Shown here: piece after piece, positions 35,340 to 48,969 of the stretch | Layout of the letters: each line of letters starts with the position of its first letter | Position numbering within the stretch: position 1 is the first letter of the stretch | Source: Lama glama | Lineage: Eukaryota | DNA length: 64,000 bases | Reading direction: 5' to 3' | NCBI GenBank assembly: GCA_028534125.1 | Contig: CM052817.1 | Coordinates: 104,906,001 to 104,970,000 of the forward strand | Notes under the pieces: generated by a model | What the model was told of the DNA's origin: nothing | The model's input: only the letters and a program-made list of their open reading frames with translations | Databases searched by the model: none | Position numbers and translations under genes: made by a program

Positions 35340-38300
35340 TTTTTAAAACCAAATATATGTTGACTCACATTGCTATGCTTGTTTGTAAATTATTTATTAA
35401 GGAACAACTTGCTTAGAAAAAAATATACAAATAAATTGTATAGCTTGATCAATTTTTGACTCTATTTAGACATGTAAGCAAACTAGGACAATAAACAATG
35501 TTCATATCTCCCTAGAAGTACTTCCTTCTAGTTTCTTTTCTTCCCCTAAAAGTCACCGCTATGACATCGTCTAAAATCAAAGACAAATTTCAGTTATTTT
35601 TGAACCTTATATAAATGTAATACGGCCTCTTTTGTGCCTGGCTTTTACTATTCAAAGCTTCAGTTATGCGGTTCATCCATAGTGGTTTAGGAAATCGTAG
35701 TCTAGAAATTTTTCTTGCTGCATCACATGCAACATTTGAACACATCACCATTTACATCCCTATTCTCTGTTGTTGGACAGTTGGGAAGTTTAAAACTTGG
35801 CGCTGTTATGTGGAGTTGTGCTATAAAACGTCTAGCCTAGCACTGAGCACCTGCTGAGTGTGTAAATGCCTTTTCTCTGATTGATCACTTAGAATTACTG
35901 GGTGATAAAGTGCACATGACTCCCCATTAGACACTGCTATACACATAACCAGAGCTCTCGTGCTCTCCCTAGCACAGTGCGAGGGTTTAACCCTTGCCAA
36001 CACATTCATCTAGTACAGGATTTTTTAACTTTAGCCATTTTCTGATGGGGAGCTAGGTAGTGGTATGTTATTTTGGTTTATTTTTTATTTCTCTGAATTC
36101 TAATGAAGGTGAGCAAATTTTTAATTGTTTGTTGCCCATTTAGATATATATTATTATAAAAATCCAGTGCAAGTCTGCTCATTTTTCTAATGAGTTTTCT
36201 GCTTTTTTCTTATTGAGTCATGTGATTTATTCATATCTTTTCTATTGAACCCATAGAAAAATTTAGTGAGAGTTAGCCATCATATTGAACCTTTCAATTC
36301 ACAGACACAGTATAATCTCTTTACATATTTAGATTATTTAAATTTTCTCACCAATGCTTCAAAGTTCTCAGTGTACAAGCCTTGAATATTTTCATTAGTT
36401 TTATTTTGACATATTTGATGTTTTGTTGCTATTGAAATTGACAGTTTTATGAATTTCCTGTTGTATTTGTTGTTGGAATGTAGAAATTGATTTATTTTTA
36501 TATATTATCTTGTATGCTAACTATGTATCCAGAGATTTTGCTTAAATCTCTTAGCAATTCTAACAGTTTTTCCACAGATTTCTTTGGATTTTTGTAAAGA
36601 AAAAATTATTTTCTATGTAAACAATGACAATTTTATTACTTCTTTTCTTATCCTTATGCAGTTTATTTACATTTCTTACCTCATTGCATGTATCAAAAAC
36701 TCCAAAACAATGTTGAATCTAATTGATGAAGAGAATATTCTTATCTTATTCCCAAAATCTGGGGGCAATATTGTATATTTCACAATTAAAGGTGATGGTA
36801 GTCTTTTTGTAGTCATTATTTTCATTTTTAGTTTGCTATGATTTTTTTTTCTTTGATGATGAATGTCAGTTGAATGTGATCAAATCTTTCCTGGATCCCT
36901 AGATATGAGCATTTGATTTTTCTCCTTCTATTTTTGTTAATCTGCTAAATTCAATTATTAACAGATTTATTGAGATATATTTCACACACACATGCACAGT
37001 TGAATGGTTTTCAATATTTTCAGGGAGGTATGAATCATGATCACGATTTTAAATTTCCATCACCTCAAAAGGATACCTCTCACGCATTTGCAGTCACTCT
37101 CCACTCCCTGCCCCCCACAACCCTTCATGCCCTAGCAATCATTGAAATAACTTCTGATCCTACAGATTTGCCTATTTTGGACCTTTCATATAGATAGAAT
37201 CATACAATATGCGTTCTTCATGACTAGCTTCTTCCCCTTAGCGTAATGTTAAGGTTGATCCATGTCGTAGCATGTATCAACACTTCATTTTTAATACTGA
37301 ATCATGTTTCATTACATGAATACATCACACTTTGCACATCCATCAGCTGGTGGGCCTTTGGCTTGTGTCCACTTTTTAGCATTTCTGAAATTCTAGGAAT
37401 ATTTGCATACAAATTTTCTGTGTGGATGTGTGTTTTTATTTCTTCTGGATATAGATCTAGAAATTGCTTTGTCTTATGGTAACCGTACATTTAACATTTT
37501 GGGAACTGCCAAACTGTTCTCCCAGGTGACTGTATCATGTTAAATTCCTACATAGGATGGGTAAGGGTCCCAAAGTCTCCATATCCTTGTCAGCATTTGA
37601 TGATATCTGTCATTTTTGTTACAGCCAGCCTAGTGGCTAAGAAGTGGTGTCTAATTGTGATTTTGATTTGTATTTCCCTAATGGTTAATGGTGCTGGACT
37701 TCTTTTCATGTGCTTATTGTGGTTTTTATATCTTTTTAAAATAAGGTCAATTGGATCATTTATCCACTTTTTAATTGGGTTTTGCCTTTTTGTTCTGGAG
37801 TGATCAGGGCTCTCTGTATAATCTGGATACAATCTTCTCTCCAGTATGTGACTTGAGAATATTTTCTGTTATTCCATGGGATGAATTTTCAGATTTTGAT
37901 AGTTCCTTTTGATATGCAAAGTTTAACTTTGGTAAAATCCAATTCATTCCTTTTTATTTTGGTTGCTTTGTATTTTTGTGTGTGTGTGTCATATCTAAGA
38001 AGGCCCTGCCTAACCCAGGGGTAGGAAGGATAACATCTACAATACAGTGTCTGCTGAAGAATGCTTCATTTGCACTTTTACTCCTTTGCTCAAATTTATT
38101 CCTAACTCCTTTGTGTTGGTGCTATTGTAAACAGAGTTTTATTAATTTTATTTTCAAATTGTTCTTTGCTAGAACATAGAAATATATGTAATGGATATTT
38201 ATGCATTGCTCTTGTATCCTACAACTTTGCTAAACTCATTTATTAACTCTAATAATTTTTTGTGACTGTGGTTTTCTATGTATAATATTATGTCTTCTGC

Positions 38301-38912
38301 ACATGGTGGTGATCTAACTTCTTCCCTTCTAAAATGAAAGCATTTTATTTATTTTTCTTGTCTGATTGCCCTGATTAGAACCTCCACTCAATGTTGTTTA
38401 GAAATGGCAGAGTACAACTTCTTGTCTTCCAATCTTAAGCAAAAAACACTTTCTTTCACCATTAAGTAGGATGTTATTTATGTGTTTTCTGTAAAGACCC
38501 TTTATCAGGTTGAGAAAGTTCTCTTCTCTTTGTAATTTAAATGTTTTATAACAAAATTTTGTAGGATTTTGTCAAATGCTTCTTCAATATCTATTGAGAT
38601 GATCATGTATACTTTCCCTTTAGTCTATTAATACAGTGCCTTTTAGTAATTGATTTTTGTATATTGAAGTAGCAGTGCATACTTCCCTGGGTGATGATGT
38701 ATAATCCTTATGATGCTGGGTTCAGTTTGCTACTTTTTGAGGATTTGTGCATCTATATTTATAAGAGACACTCTTATATAGTTTTCTTTTCTTGTAATGT
38801 CTGTCTGTCTTTTGTGTCAGGGTATTATTGACCTTATAGAATAAGTTAGGAAGTATTTTCTCCTCTTGGATTTATTGGGAGTGATTGAGAAGAATTGGTG
38901 TTAATTCTTTTT
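35340..38912 (-). mobile_element. Block of old L1M fragments (3' UTR and ORF2), with an L1MB-like 3' piece nested at about 36960-38040
   Basis: Reverse L1 motifs: GACCTTTCATATAGATAGAATCATACAATATG, GGAACTGCCAAACTGTT, TGATTTTGATTTGTATTTCCCTAATG, CCCTTTATCAGGTTGAGAAAGTTC and TCTATTGAGATGATCAT. Confidence 0.85.
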
Positions 38913-39010
38913 TTATAAGGTACAAGTCATACCATTTAAGGTCCCTGAGAAGACAATCCAGGATATGCTTCTCCTCTCAAGCCCCTTAATTTAATCAAAT
39001 CTTTGCCATG
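38913..39010 (-). mobile_element. MLT1 LTR fragment
   Basis: AATCCAGGATA...CTCTCAAG.CCCTTAATTTAATCA.ATCT..TGCCATG. Confidence 0.6.
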
Positions 39011-39498
39011 ACTGGATAAAGAGGATGTTGGTATATATACAATGGAATACTACTCAGCCATAAAAAAGAATGAAATAATGCCATTTGCAGCAACATGGAT
39101 GGACCTAGAGATTATCGTATTGTGTGAAGCCAGACAGAGAAAGTAAATAGCATATATCACTTATATGTGGAATCTAAAAAAATAGATACAAATCTTATTT
39201 AAAAACCAAAAATAGACTCATGGACATAGAAAACAGACTATGGTTACCAAAGGGGAGGGGGCAGGATAAATTAAGAATTTGGAATTAACAGATACACACT
39301 ACAATATATAAAATAGATAAACAAGAATGAGCTACTGTATAGCACAGGGAAACTTGTTCAATTTCTTATAATAACATGTAATGGAAAAGAATCTGAAAAC
39401 AAATATTTATGGATGTATATGTATAACTGAATTGCTTTGCTGAACACCTGAAATTAACATTATAAATCAACCAGACTTCAAAAAAAAATTAAAATAAT
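39011..39498 (+). mobile_element. L1 3' end (cetartiodactyl-type) with A-tail
   Basis: CAATGGAATACTACTCAGCCATAAAAAAGAATGAAATAATGCCATTTGCAGCAACATGGATGGACCTAGAG ... AATCAACCAGACTTCAAAAAAAA. Confidence 0.95.
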
Positions 39499-40094
39499 AG
39501 TAGTCAAGTAATTTCATTTTTTGACCATTTCTGCCATTTTAAAATATTTAATCATTTATCAGTTCTTGCTGTTTCTTCCTTAAAAATGCACTTAAGCTCT
39601 CATATTCAAAGCCTGATCCTTAGGCAGCAGCTTTTAATGTATGTAAATAGACCTCTCTCTGGGAAAGACTGGGGAATGGGCCTTTGGGCTGCTCGGCTAC
39701 GAGCCCTGTAAGGATAGTGACTTAAGAACTACTTCTTCATTTGCTTGAGCCCTGCGGGGCTAATAAATGGAAGCCCTGTTGGATATCAGAGCCAGAAGAT
39801 CAGGGGACCTGTTCCTCGGGTGGCAGCTGCAAAAGCTAAGGTGCAAATGTGTATAGTGTCTACCAGCTCCTTCTGTGGAGAGGCTGGTGACTTGGAACAG
39901 GCTAGAGAGTGAAGCCAGGAGAAGGTCAGTGTCTGCCAGCTTCCCTGGTCTCTGGGCGGGACTGCAGTCAGCCCCTAGACTTCTGCTAAGTTAGAAACCT
40001 GACCCTCAGGCAGTAGCTTTCCAAGTGTGGAAATAGACCCCATTCAGAGAAAGACTGGGAGATGGGCATTTTTTGCCTGCTCCTTCTGTGTTAG

Positions 40095-40545
40095 TGCTAC
40101 CCAGTACAAGTTCATGTGCCCAACACACAGTGAGGCCAAACACACAGAAACGTCAAAGCTTGGAGCAGAGAAATGTTTATCGCAGGGCCAAGCGTGGAGA
40201 ACAGGTGGCTCATGCCCCCCAAACCCTAAACTCCCTGTAGGTTTTCAGTAAAGTATTTTTAAAAGCCAGATGAGTGACGGAGAGTTTCAGAGTATGTGAC
40301 CAGCTCATGCACAATTCTCTGACTGGTTAATGTTGAGGTAACAGGGTGGTTAACATTATCAGTCCTTAGATACCTGTCGGCCTGGGAGCTCATGATTATC
40401 AAGCAGTTCATTCCTTCCATTTGGCGGTGGTTTTAGCATCTGTAAAGCAACTCAGGAAGTGTGCATCAGATACTGCTACCTAGAGGGGAGCTGCTGCGGA
40501 GGAGCTGGGGGAGAGGTCTGCCCCAGGCAGGGCTGCTCCGTTACA
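40095..40545 (-). mobile_element. ERV1-type solo LTR (family C)
   Basis: TG...CA termini (TGCTACC...GTTACA); reverse complement colinear with 25386-25875. Confidence 0.85.
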
Positions 40546-40656
40546 CTAAGTCCTGGCAGGACAGCTACAGTGAGTGAGCACTCCTTTGTTTGCTGTCGTC
40601 CCATGGGTCTTGTGGCCACAAGCCCCACTGGCTCTGGGGGTTAGGTGTTTTGGGGG

Positions 40657-41095
40657 TATTGAGCTGTACCTCACAATCCTATAAGGCCTGTGCTCATCCA
40701 GCTTCAAGACTGAAGAAAGAGCCCAGACTCAGCAACAGAGACATCAATGGCTTAATGGATGGGGGAGCTTACATGTCTGAAGTCGGATCATGCAGCAACA
40801 CCCGACCGTATGCAGTGGGCAGGACGTGGTGTTGTCAGTCTTCACTCCCAGGGGCCAGGGGAGGTTAGCAACTATGGGGGGATTGATGTCAGGTTGGCTC
40901 ATTTGTTACTAGGCAACCCAGCAGAGGGAAATGCCCCTCACTGCCTCTTTGATAAGGACAATTGTTAGCTGGGACCCGGGGCAAGTATGTAGGAAGGGCA
41001 GTCATGTGCGCTGGGTGTAGGTGAAGCAGGCGCTGGTTGAGCAGGTGATGGTCAGAGAGCAAGAGGACAGCTATCTTGAGTGGCCTGACCACACA
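40657..41095. mobile_element. Solo LTR inserted in the L1 5' UTR
   Basis: About 440 bp bounded by a GGGG/GGGG TSD, ending ...ACCACACA; host L1 module rejoins across it. Confidence 0.65.
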
Positions 41096-41620
41096 GGGGC
41101 CATCCTACAGGAGGGGGTCTTCGAAGTTGGGATGCTGGATGTGGGGTCCAAGTCCTTCACTCCCCAGGGAGGAGCTGGGGGTTGGAGGTGTCCTTCCAGT
41201 TGTGTGGCCCTGTGCTGGGGTGGGGTTTATGATGCAGCATGTCTCAGCCTTTCCCACCCATCCCTATGCATGTAGTTTTCAATTTGCCTGGTGTGTAGGA
41301 GTCGCTCAGCTAGTTTCTGGATTTCTTGCAGAGCAAATTGCACCATGTGTAATTGTATGTCTGGCGCATTTGTAGGAGGAGGGGATTTCAGGAGCCTGTG
41401 TGTCACCATCTTTACAGCTCGCCCTGTTTACATGTCGATATTGTAACACTTATGAAATTGAGGGTTGGATTTTGTTGTTTCCTTAAATAATGTTGGATGT
41501 TGTTTTAGGAGGCACTTATGTTATTTGTAATAAATATGATTTTTAAAGCATATAAGTTGCATTTTGGGTTGGTTTAGATTAATATTTATTCTACAGTCCT
41601 CGCTTCCAGATGAAAAATTT

Positions 41621-42109
41621 TGAAGGAACGGGTAACAAACTCACTCTCCTGCTGCTAAAACTGCTTGCTGATTTTTTTTCTAAGAAATCCTGCAGTTTGC
41701 TTTCTCTCCCTTACTGCTTTTGTGTTCAACAACCTCCAAAATCTTCCCTTACATTCTTTAACCCTGAGGCTGTGCTCTAGTAAGAAGGTAATGGGCTGAA
41801 AATCTCACAAGAATGGACAGACTCTCCACTGTTCCCCCATGATGCCAGAAAGATTCATCTAGGTTAAGAGGAATGTAGCAGCATCCTGTAAAGTGCCCTG
41901 ATTGTTACCACCTTTTCTATTCGAGCCAGTTTTTCTATAAAACCTCAAGATCCCAACCCCATGAGGGATTCACAGTCTCTAAGGCATTAGCCCCTGTAAC
42001 TCCCCTTTGCCTGACAAAGCAATGAATCTGCTCTTTTCTGATTCTTTCAAAACTCTGCCTCCAAGTCTCAGTCTGGCTTTCGGGGGGTGCAGAGGCCAGT
42101 TTTGCAACA
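41621..42109 (+). mobile_element. ERV1-type solo LTR (family B)
   Basis: TGAAGGAAC...TTTTGCAACA termini, TATAAAA near 41936, and GCAATGAA as a degenerate poly(A) signal. Confidence 0.8.
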
Positions 42110-42542
42110 ACGCCACTTGTCATATTAGTAAACAGAGGGTGTTTGACCACCAAGTCTTCAGTCAATGCAGCCACCACCAAAAGTGGACCCCGAAGGGATT
42201 CAGGATGGAAAAGAAGAAGATACTGACCTTGGATACTTCAAGTGCACATCAAAGGAATTGGTTTCAATAGACCCAGATTCTTGTACCTTCCCACATAGAA
42301 AAGTGGTAAATTCATTAACTTGAGGTGCCTGGTTGTCTTGAATCAATAATAACCTTTTGATATTCTGACTACCTGGTTTTTGTTGCAAGAACTTCTGCAT
42401 ATCCTGGTTGCTCCTTTTCTCTTCAGAGCTGTCCCTCAGAGCGATCTGAGAGGCTGCCTTCTGGGTATATGTCCTCAGAATGTCTTCTGAATAAAACGTA
42501 ATTCTCAACTTTTTGGTTGTGCATTTTTTTTTTCATTTGACA
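42110..42542 (+). mobile_element. ERV1-type LTR (family A), whose extreme 5' end probably lies at about 41606-41620
   Basis: CATATTAGTAAACA...CTTCCCA.A.AGAAAAGTG.TAAATTC.TTAACTTGAG...AATAAA...TTGACA, colinear with 53061-53569. Confidence 0.88.
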
Positions 42543-43120
42543 CCCTATTGATAAAGGGTACCTCTTTCATGAATTCTACTGGATGCTTCAGGTGTTTAAC
42601 AGACCCTTCATCCATCTTGATAATGTGAAAGATCCCAACCTGTGTTAATCCTATGAACTATTTAGTTTACAGCTTCCCCTATATTCTTTCTCCGCCTCAT
42701 GGATTTTCATGGTATGCATATGCAGCTTAGGACTCAGCAAAATCCTCACGGACCTTCTAAGAGAATTTCTATAGCTCTTTTTCTTCTTGGTCTTTTCTCT
42801 TTTGACTTCTGCTAGAAAAATTCCACCCTACTGAGGCTTCCTAAATTCTAATCTCTTTCTCCTCAACTCAGTGTGAACCCTCATGTTCTGCTTGGAGTCC
42901 CATCTGTGCTTCACAATTCAGACTCCCACCAGGCAGAAAACTGAAGAAATTATAGAGTTTCTCTTATTTGCTTATTTTCTCTCCAGGATCTTGATATCAT
43001 ACCATCTGTTGTCCAATGTCAGAAAATAGTTGCTTTATATATTTTGTCCTATTTCCAATATTTTATGGCAAAAGGAAGCTGATCACACTTACTTCCTTAT
43101 GACCATAAGCTAACATCTTG
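42543..43120 (-). mobile_element. Old L1 (L1ME/L1M-type) 5' fragment
   Basis: TCCTCAACTCAGTG..., GTTGTCCAATGTC.GAAAA.AGTTG.TT.ATATATTTTGTCC. Confidence 0.6.
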
Positions 43121-43504
43121 TCAACTACATTTTATTATAGAAATAAGTAAATTATTCATTCCGTATATAAAGAGAAATGAATAGCAATAATATTTCAAAA
43201 ATTATTGTTTCCAAGAAATATGAGTCTACATTGAGAATGAAGAGTATAAACTTAGAAAACAAAAAGAGTGAGATATACTAAGTCCCAGTTTGCAAAACAA
43301 AAATTTGGGACATAGGAATTCTAATTAGAGTTTATTTTGGTGGATTACATTTAAATTTAAAAAAAGGAGAATTTTAGAGTGGATGTGGAATTTTAGAGTG
43401 GATAAGGAATTAGGGACATCACAGCATGAGGGAAAATATTACAGTCATGAACTGTCCTGCAACTTGAAGAGCCTGCCCCCATAAATATGTTTTCTATTAA
43501 TTTG

Positions 43505-43900
43505 TTAGTTTATTAAATATTTATTTGTTTCAAGTGTTCTAAGAGCTACTCCAGACATTGAATATATAAAAATAAGTAAGAGAAATCAGTAACATCCTCA
43601 ATAAGCTGACGTTCTCTTGGTAGATGTGATAGCAAACTAAAATTGATGAAATAATTTCAAATTATGATAAATCCTAGAAAAACAACAGGAAAATGTGCTG
43701 GAGCATTACTAAGATAGAGGGAAGTAGCTGCTATAGCCAGTTTTGTTAGAAAAAAGGCTTCTCTGAAGAGCTGATATTCTTTCTGGCTGAAGAAAAAGAC
43801 CAAGTGAAGATTTAGGGAAAGAACATCCAAGTGCAGAGAAGAGCAAGCGTAAAAGTCCAGAGATGGAACTAGATTGATGTATTTCTGAGTTCAGAAATTA
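43505..43900 (-). mobile_element. L2 fragment
   Basis: AAATATTTATT...AAGGCTTCTCTGAAGAG.TGA.ATT...GGGAAAGAACATCCAAG.GCAGAG..AGCAAG.G.AAAAG.CC.GAG. Confidence 0.7.
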
Positions 43901-43929
43901 GAAATAAGACTTTTCTAAAAGAGAGGTGT

Positions 43930-44278
43930 TATGCTGAGGGAAATGTCAGACAGAGAAAGACAATTACTGTGTTACATCACTTATATGTGAAATCTGAAAA
44001 AATGAAAGAAACTAGTGAACGTAAGAAAAAAGAAAGAGACTCAGGTATAGAGAAGAAATTAGTTTGATACCAATGTAGAGAGGGAAGGGGGAGGGGCAAG
44101 ATAGGGTTAGTGGATTAAGAAATTAATACAAACTACTGGATATAAAATAGATAAGCAACAAGAATATATTGTACAACACCGGGAATATCACCAATATTTT
44201 ACAGTAACTATAAATGTAATATAACTTTAAAAAATTGTGACTCACTATGTTGTTCACCTGAAACATACGATACTGAAT
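43930..44278 (+). mobile_element. L1 3' UTR fragment
   Basis: GTCAGACAGAGAAAGACAA..ACTGT..ATCACTTATATGTG.AATCT, TATAAAATAGATAAGCAACAAG and TCACTATGTTGT.CACCTGAAAC. Confidence 0.9.
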
Positions 44279-46419
44279 CTTAGTATCTTCATCTGTAAAA
44301 AGGGGCAAAATATCTCATTTGTAAATGTATTTTGAATATTTTAAATAACATTAACATTTTAATATGTTAAATAATTGAATAATATTCAATTCTTAGGTTA
44401 AAAATAATGTTATTAAACAATTAAAATAACTGCTGTTATTTTAAAGCTTTTTCTGGATAACTCAGTATATTTTATTTCATCAATGATTGGATCAAAGTTC
44501 TTGCTGTGGAATGAAAAATTTAAAAACAGGGTAAATAAACAAGCTTTGTTCTTATAAAGAATCCACTTACTGGGAATGGTTTTAAATCTATCACAGATAA
44601 TGTTCCTGGTAACTCTTATATCAGGTGACAAAGGGTAGAGCATAAGCAATTTATGTGATACTCGAAAGGCAAAGTCATTTTTTAAAGCTAGTCTTTATAA
44701 TTATGGCTTTTTTTTTGTTTTTTCATCTTTTTATCTTGAGAGACCTGTTAAAAGAGCCTTTTGCACTTTATTTTGATAATTTTAATAAAATACCAAGCTA
44801 TATGGTATTTATAGACTTAAATTTCCTTTTAACTCTTGAGAAGTACAGTAAATAACATAAAGAATTAACAGATTACAATTTAAAAAGAAATGAATTGAGA
44901 TAGTATAACAATTGTCCAACTGATTGCTTTAAATAAATCATTTGTCTGTTAATTCTTATATTTAAATTATTTGTCATTCTGCAGATGAAAATTTCAGATT
45001 TCCTTTTCTCCCCTGTTGCTCTAACAAAGAAATTACCTTTATATTTTTTCTTCTAGTGTTAAATTGGCAAGTTCAGGGTAGAAGTATTGAAGTGCAGTTA
45101 AATGCAGGAGTTTTCAGAGATTGCCATGAGGGTGTATTAAGACTGGATTCAATTTCAAAGTTGTACATGGTTTTTAGGAAGTTTGACTTATCTCTGACTG
45201 CTAAATTATGTACTATTTTATAGTGTGAATTTCATTTAGTTTAATTTAGGCAAAGTATCCTTAACTGATCTTGAATTAAGCATACAGAGAAGCATAAATC
45301 CAAGCATCATAAATTCTAAGAACTCAAAAGAAGAGTTAAAATATGCTTAACTTGGCTAGGACCCCTAAAGAAGGAGGAGCAAATGTCTGTTCATCATAAG
45401 ACTGTATTTTTTCTTCTGGATACTCTAGATTTTTTAACATTGACAAAACTTCACTTAAAGATTGATACATTTCCAACTATCCCCAAAGAAGTTAACCCAA
45501 AGAGGTTGGAAATGATGAAAAATCTTTTTTTCTCAACTGATCTGAGGTGTCCTACAAACAATTCATGGAAGAAAATGCATTTTTGAGGCATTAGCACATT
45601 TCTTCTCTCACAATTTAAGTTCCCCTTTCTTCATGAAGATCTTGACAAGGGTAATAACATTGATCAAGCTAAGTATCTTGACAAAGGAAAAAAAAACTTT
45701 AAAAAAAGCATACAATTGCACTTTTCCCTTTTTTATATTATATTAGGAAAGAAGTTGTAGTAAAGTTTATGAACACAACTATTTCTGGGTTTTTAAGGGG
45801 TTTAGTAAAATTCTGACTGATTCTACTCTTCAGATATATGGAAATGAGAGAAAAATGATGTCACCATGTTTCTAAACCTCCAAGCGCTGCACCAGAAACC
45901 CAGAGTAATGACTTTGTAGCACTTAGTTTGAACTGGGCACACATGTGCTTAAATTCTTAAGTCCATTTTTCTAAACGCTGTTTCCCTAAATAAAACAAAA
46001 CATAGATTAGCTACTGTTTCTGGGAATGGGGCTTCAAAATAGGATAAAGCTGGAGAAAGTAAATCTCTGATTCTGATTCAACATTGAGGGAAACGGAGAA
46101 TGAAGAGAGAGTCTGGCCTCTGATACAAGAAATGAAGAAGGGCTGGTCCTACTGTGGTGATACTGGGAACTTTCTTAGAAGTTGAGTGTGATACTCTTGG
46201 GAAATCTTTTATCAATGCAATACTTTGAGTACTAACCAGATAATTGACTTTCCCAAAGTGGGAAAATTGACGGGCACCTTTCATATTAAATTTCACTGTA
46301 AGAAACAGAAAAACTGGAAATAACAGTGGATCTTAAAAGTTTCATATCATGTCAAAGGATCCAAGGCAAGAAATAGAAGTTAACTTACATTGATTTTCAA
46401 TTGTCAAAGACATGAGTTG

Positions 46420-48965
46420 CTGTGCTGTATTGCTTCATCATTTACCTTATCCTTTCGTATCATGCAGCTGTGACATCTTCGGCTTAATATCAAGTTAATT
46501 TCAATAGTGTACAAAAACTGCACCATGATTTCTAACTTTTTTATACCCTTATTATCACAAATTGCATCTGTGTACATTTTCTGATGTAAATATATATTTA
46601 TAATTATTGTTCTATGCAGATTTTTTAAATGATTGAAAAATTGCAAATGGAAAATATATTTCTGCTATTTTTTATTCTTCCTCATGCAGATGCCTTCCTT
46701 GATGCTCTGTAATGCCTCATGTGACTCTGAGTTAATATTTAGTGTTCTTTCATTTCAGCATGAAAAAAATCATTTTAATATGATTGTATCAAAATTGTAA
46801 CAGATTGTATTTATGTTATGATTCTGCATTATTGGTGATTATTTATGATTATGTATTGTATGATACAATTTAATAGGGTTGTGTCAGACTGTAACAGAAT
46901 CTTAGCTTGCTTTTTTTTTTTTTCTAGTCAGAGACTGTGTTAATTTCTCTTTCATTTTTAAAGGACAGTCTCCCTGAGTACAGTATTCTTAGGTGATGGG
47001 TTGCTTTATATTTATTTATTTTTAAAATTTCAGGACTTTGAATACATTTTCACACTGCCTTATGTCATCACAGTCTTTGATGAGAAGTCAGTTATGATTA
47101 TTGAGGATCCTTTGTTCAACATGAGTCACTTTTCTCCCGATGCTTGCAAGATCCTCTTTGTATTCAGCTTTCAGTAGTTTAACTGTGATTGCTGAAGCTT
47201 GGATCATTTTGAGTGCAGCCAACTTAGAGTTTATTGACCTTCCTGAATGTGTAGATTAAAGTTTTTCATCAAATTATTATGGATGCTTTCTGCCACTATT
47301 TCTTCAGATATCTTTTCTGCTCCTTTCTATTTATCCTCTTCTGGGATTCCCATTAGGCATAAATTGATAAGTTTCATGGTATCCCATAGATTTCTGAAGT
47401 TTTGTGTATTTTTCTTCATTCTTTTATTTCTTTCTGTTCTAAGGTAGAATAATCTAAACTGACTTATCTTTAACTTCATTGACTCTTTCTTCCTCCTGAT
47501 TAAATTTGTTGTTATGTCCCCAGAACAAATTTTTAATGTTAGCTATTTAACTTTCAACATCAGAATTTATATGTTGTTCTTTTTTTATTTCTAACTCTCT
47601 ATTTATATTCTTTATGTGATAAGATATTGTTCTTATATTTTCTTTTTTAATTTTTTTTAAAAAGATGGTACCTTCTAGATTTTTGTATATATTTAAATTT
47701 TTTCATTTAAAATCTCTGTCTAGTAAGTCTAATGTCTCTGTTTCCTCAGGAAAACTTTCTATTGCTTTATATTTTTTTTGGTCTATGGGCCATACTTTGT
47801 TTATTTGGATGCCCCATTTTTTTTGGTTTCTTTAAAACAGTACATTTTAAATACTAGAATGAAGTGACTCTAGAAATCAGATTCTCCTGTCTTCTAGGGT
47901 TTATTGCCGTTCCTTATTGTAGCTGTTGTAGTCTGTTTAACAATTTTTCTGGATGAATTCTGTGTAGTTCGCATTAATTATCATGTGTGGCCACTGAATT
48001 CTCTACTCAATTAGCTAAGTCATCTGTGAATAATGTCATATATTCAGAGATTTCCTTAAGTGCTGGGAACCAGTAAATCTCCCAGCTTTTACCAATGAGC
48101 TCTGTATGTGTTGTCTTCAGCACTGAGCCAGCTAGTTTAAAACTTGGCTCCACCTTCACTTTCTGCTTACACAAAGTATCAAGATCAAGTGAAAGTGAAC
48201 TCTTAGGACCTTCTGAGGTCTTTCCTGGACAAGTGTACATTTCAGTTCATTTGCATGGATTTGCAGGTTCCCAGAAATATGTTGGTGCTTTTTAAACTTC
48301 TTGTAGATATCTAATTTTGCTGTTAAGTTTTTTGGTTAGACTACTGTTTATCCCAACTATTACCCATTGGTTCAAATAGCCATGCCTTTAAAACAACTGC
48401 CAGTATTTTCAGCAAAAGTCAACCTCTGAGCAGCTTTTGGCCCTGAGCAAGCTCTGACTCAGATTTAATAAAGACAAGCCTTTTAAACAGCTCTGCCAAG
48501 GAGCCATGAGACATGTAAAATAATAACAATTCTTGGTGAATTATTTTCATTCTGCTCTCACCAGCACTGGGAATCTGTACTGCTATTTCTAATACTGCCA
48601 TTGAGCTAAGAGGCAGGGGATGGGTCTTTAGCAAGTTAAAATAACTTAGAAGTTATTATATTCTGCTATCATTCTTATATATATGTTTCCCAGGTCACTG
48701 AGAGCTACTGGTTAATTTCCTGAGTTCTGAAAATTTTTGTTCTGACAATTTCTGTATATTTTTCACCGTGTTTTTGGAAAGGCAAATTTTCAGAGGTTCT
48801 TTTTTTATTGAAGTATAGTTGACTTACAATAATATTTTAGTTGTGCTACATAGTAATTTGATATTTTTATAGATTATACTCCATATAAGATTATTATAGC
48901 ATATTAGCTATATTCCGTGTGCTGAATTCTGAAGTTCTTAATAGGTTATTTTTGCTGATGTCCCC
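46420..48965 (-). mobile_element. Old L1M ORF1/5' region, degraded
   Basis: TGATGAGAAGTCAG...TTGAGGATCC, CTTCAGATATCTTTTCTGCTCCTTTCT, CTTCTGGGATTCCCATTA.GCATA and ACTCTAGAAATCAGATTCTCC. Confidence 0.75.
48800..48923 (-). mobile_element. Short younger L1 3' terminus nested in old L1
   Basis: TTTTATTGAAGTATAGTTGA.TTACAATA...AGATTATACTCCAT..; flanks CAGAGGTTCTT / CTGAAGTTCTT look like a TSD. Confidence 0.8.
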
Positions 48966-48969
48966 CAGT

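Larger units (their letters stand above)
39620..41412 (-). mobile_element. L1 5' UTR region (GC-rich, with internal repeats), interrupted by two LTRs
   Basis: Ends in TCACCATCTT, the reverse of an AAGATGG L1 start; recurring module GCCCY(G/A)(C/T)TGG...GGGG.CC.TCC...AAG(C/T)T.GG.TGC..ATGTG at about 39.77-39.85 kb and 40.62-41.14 kb. Confidence 0.65.
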
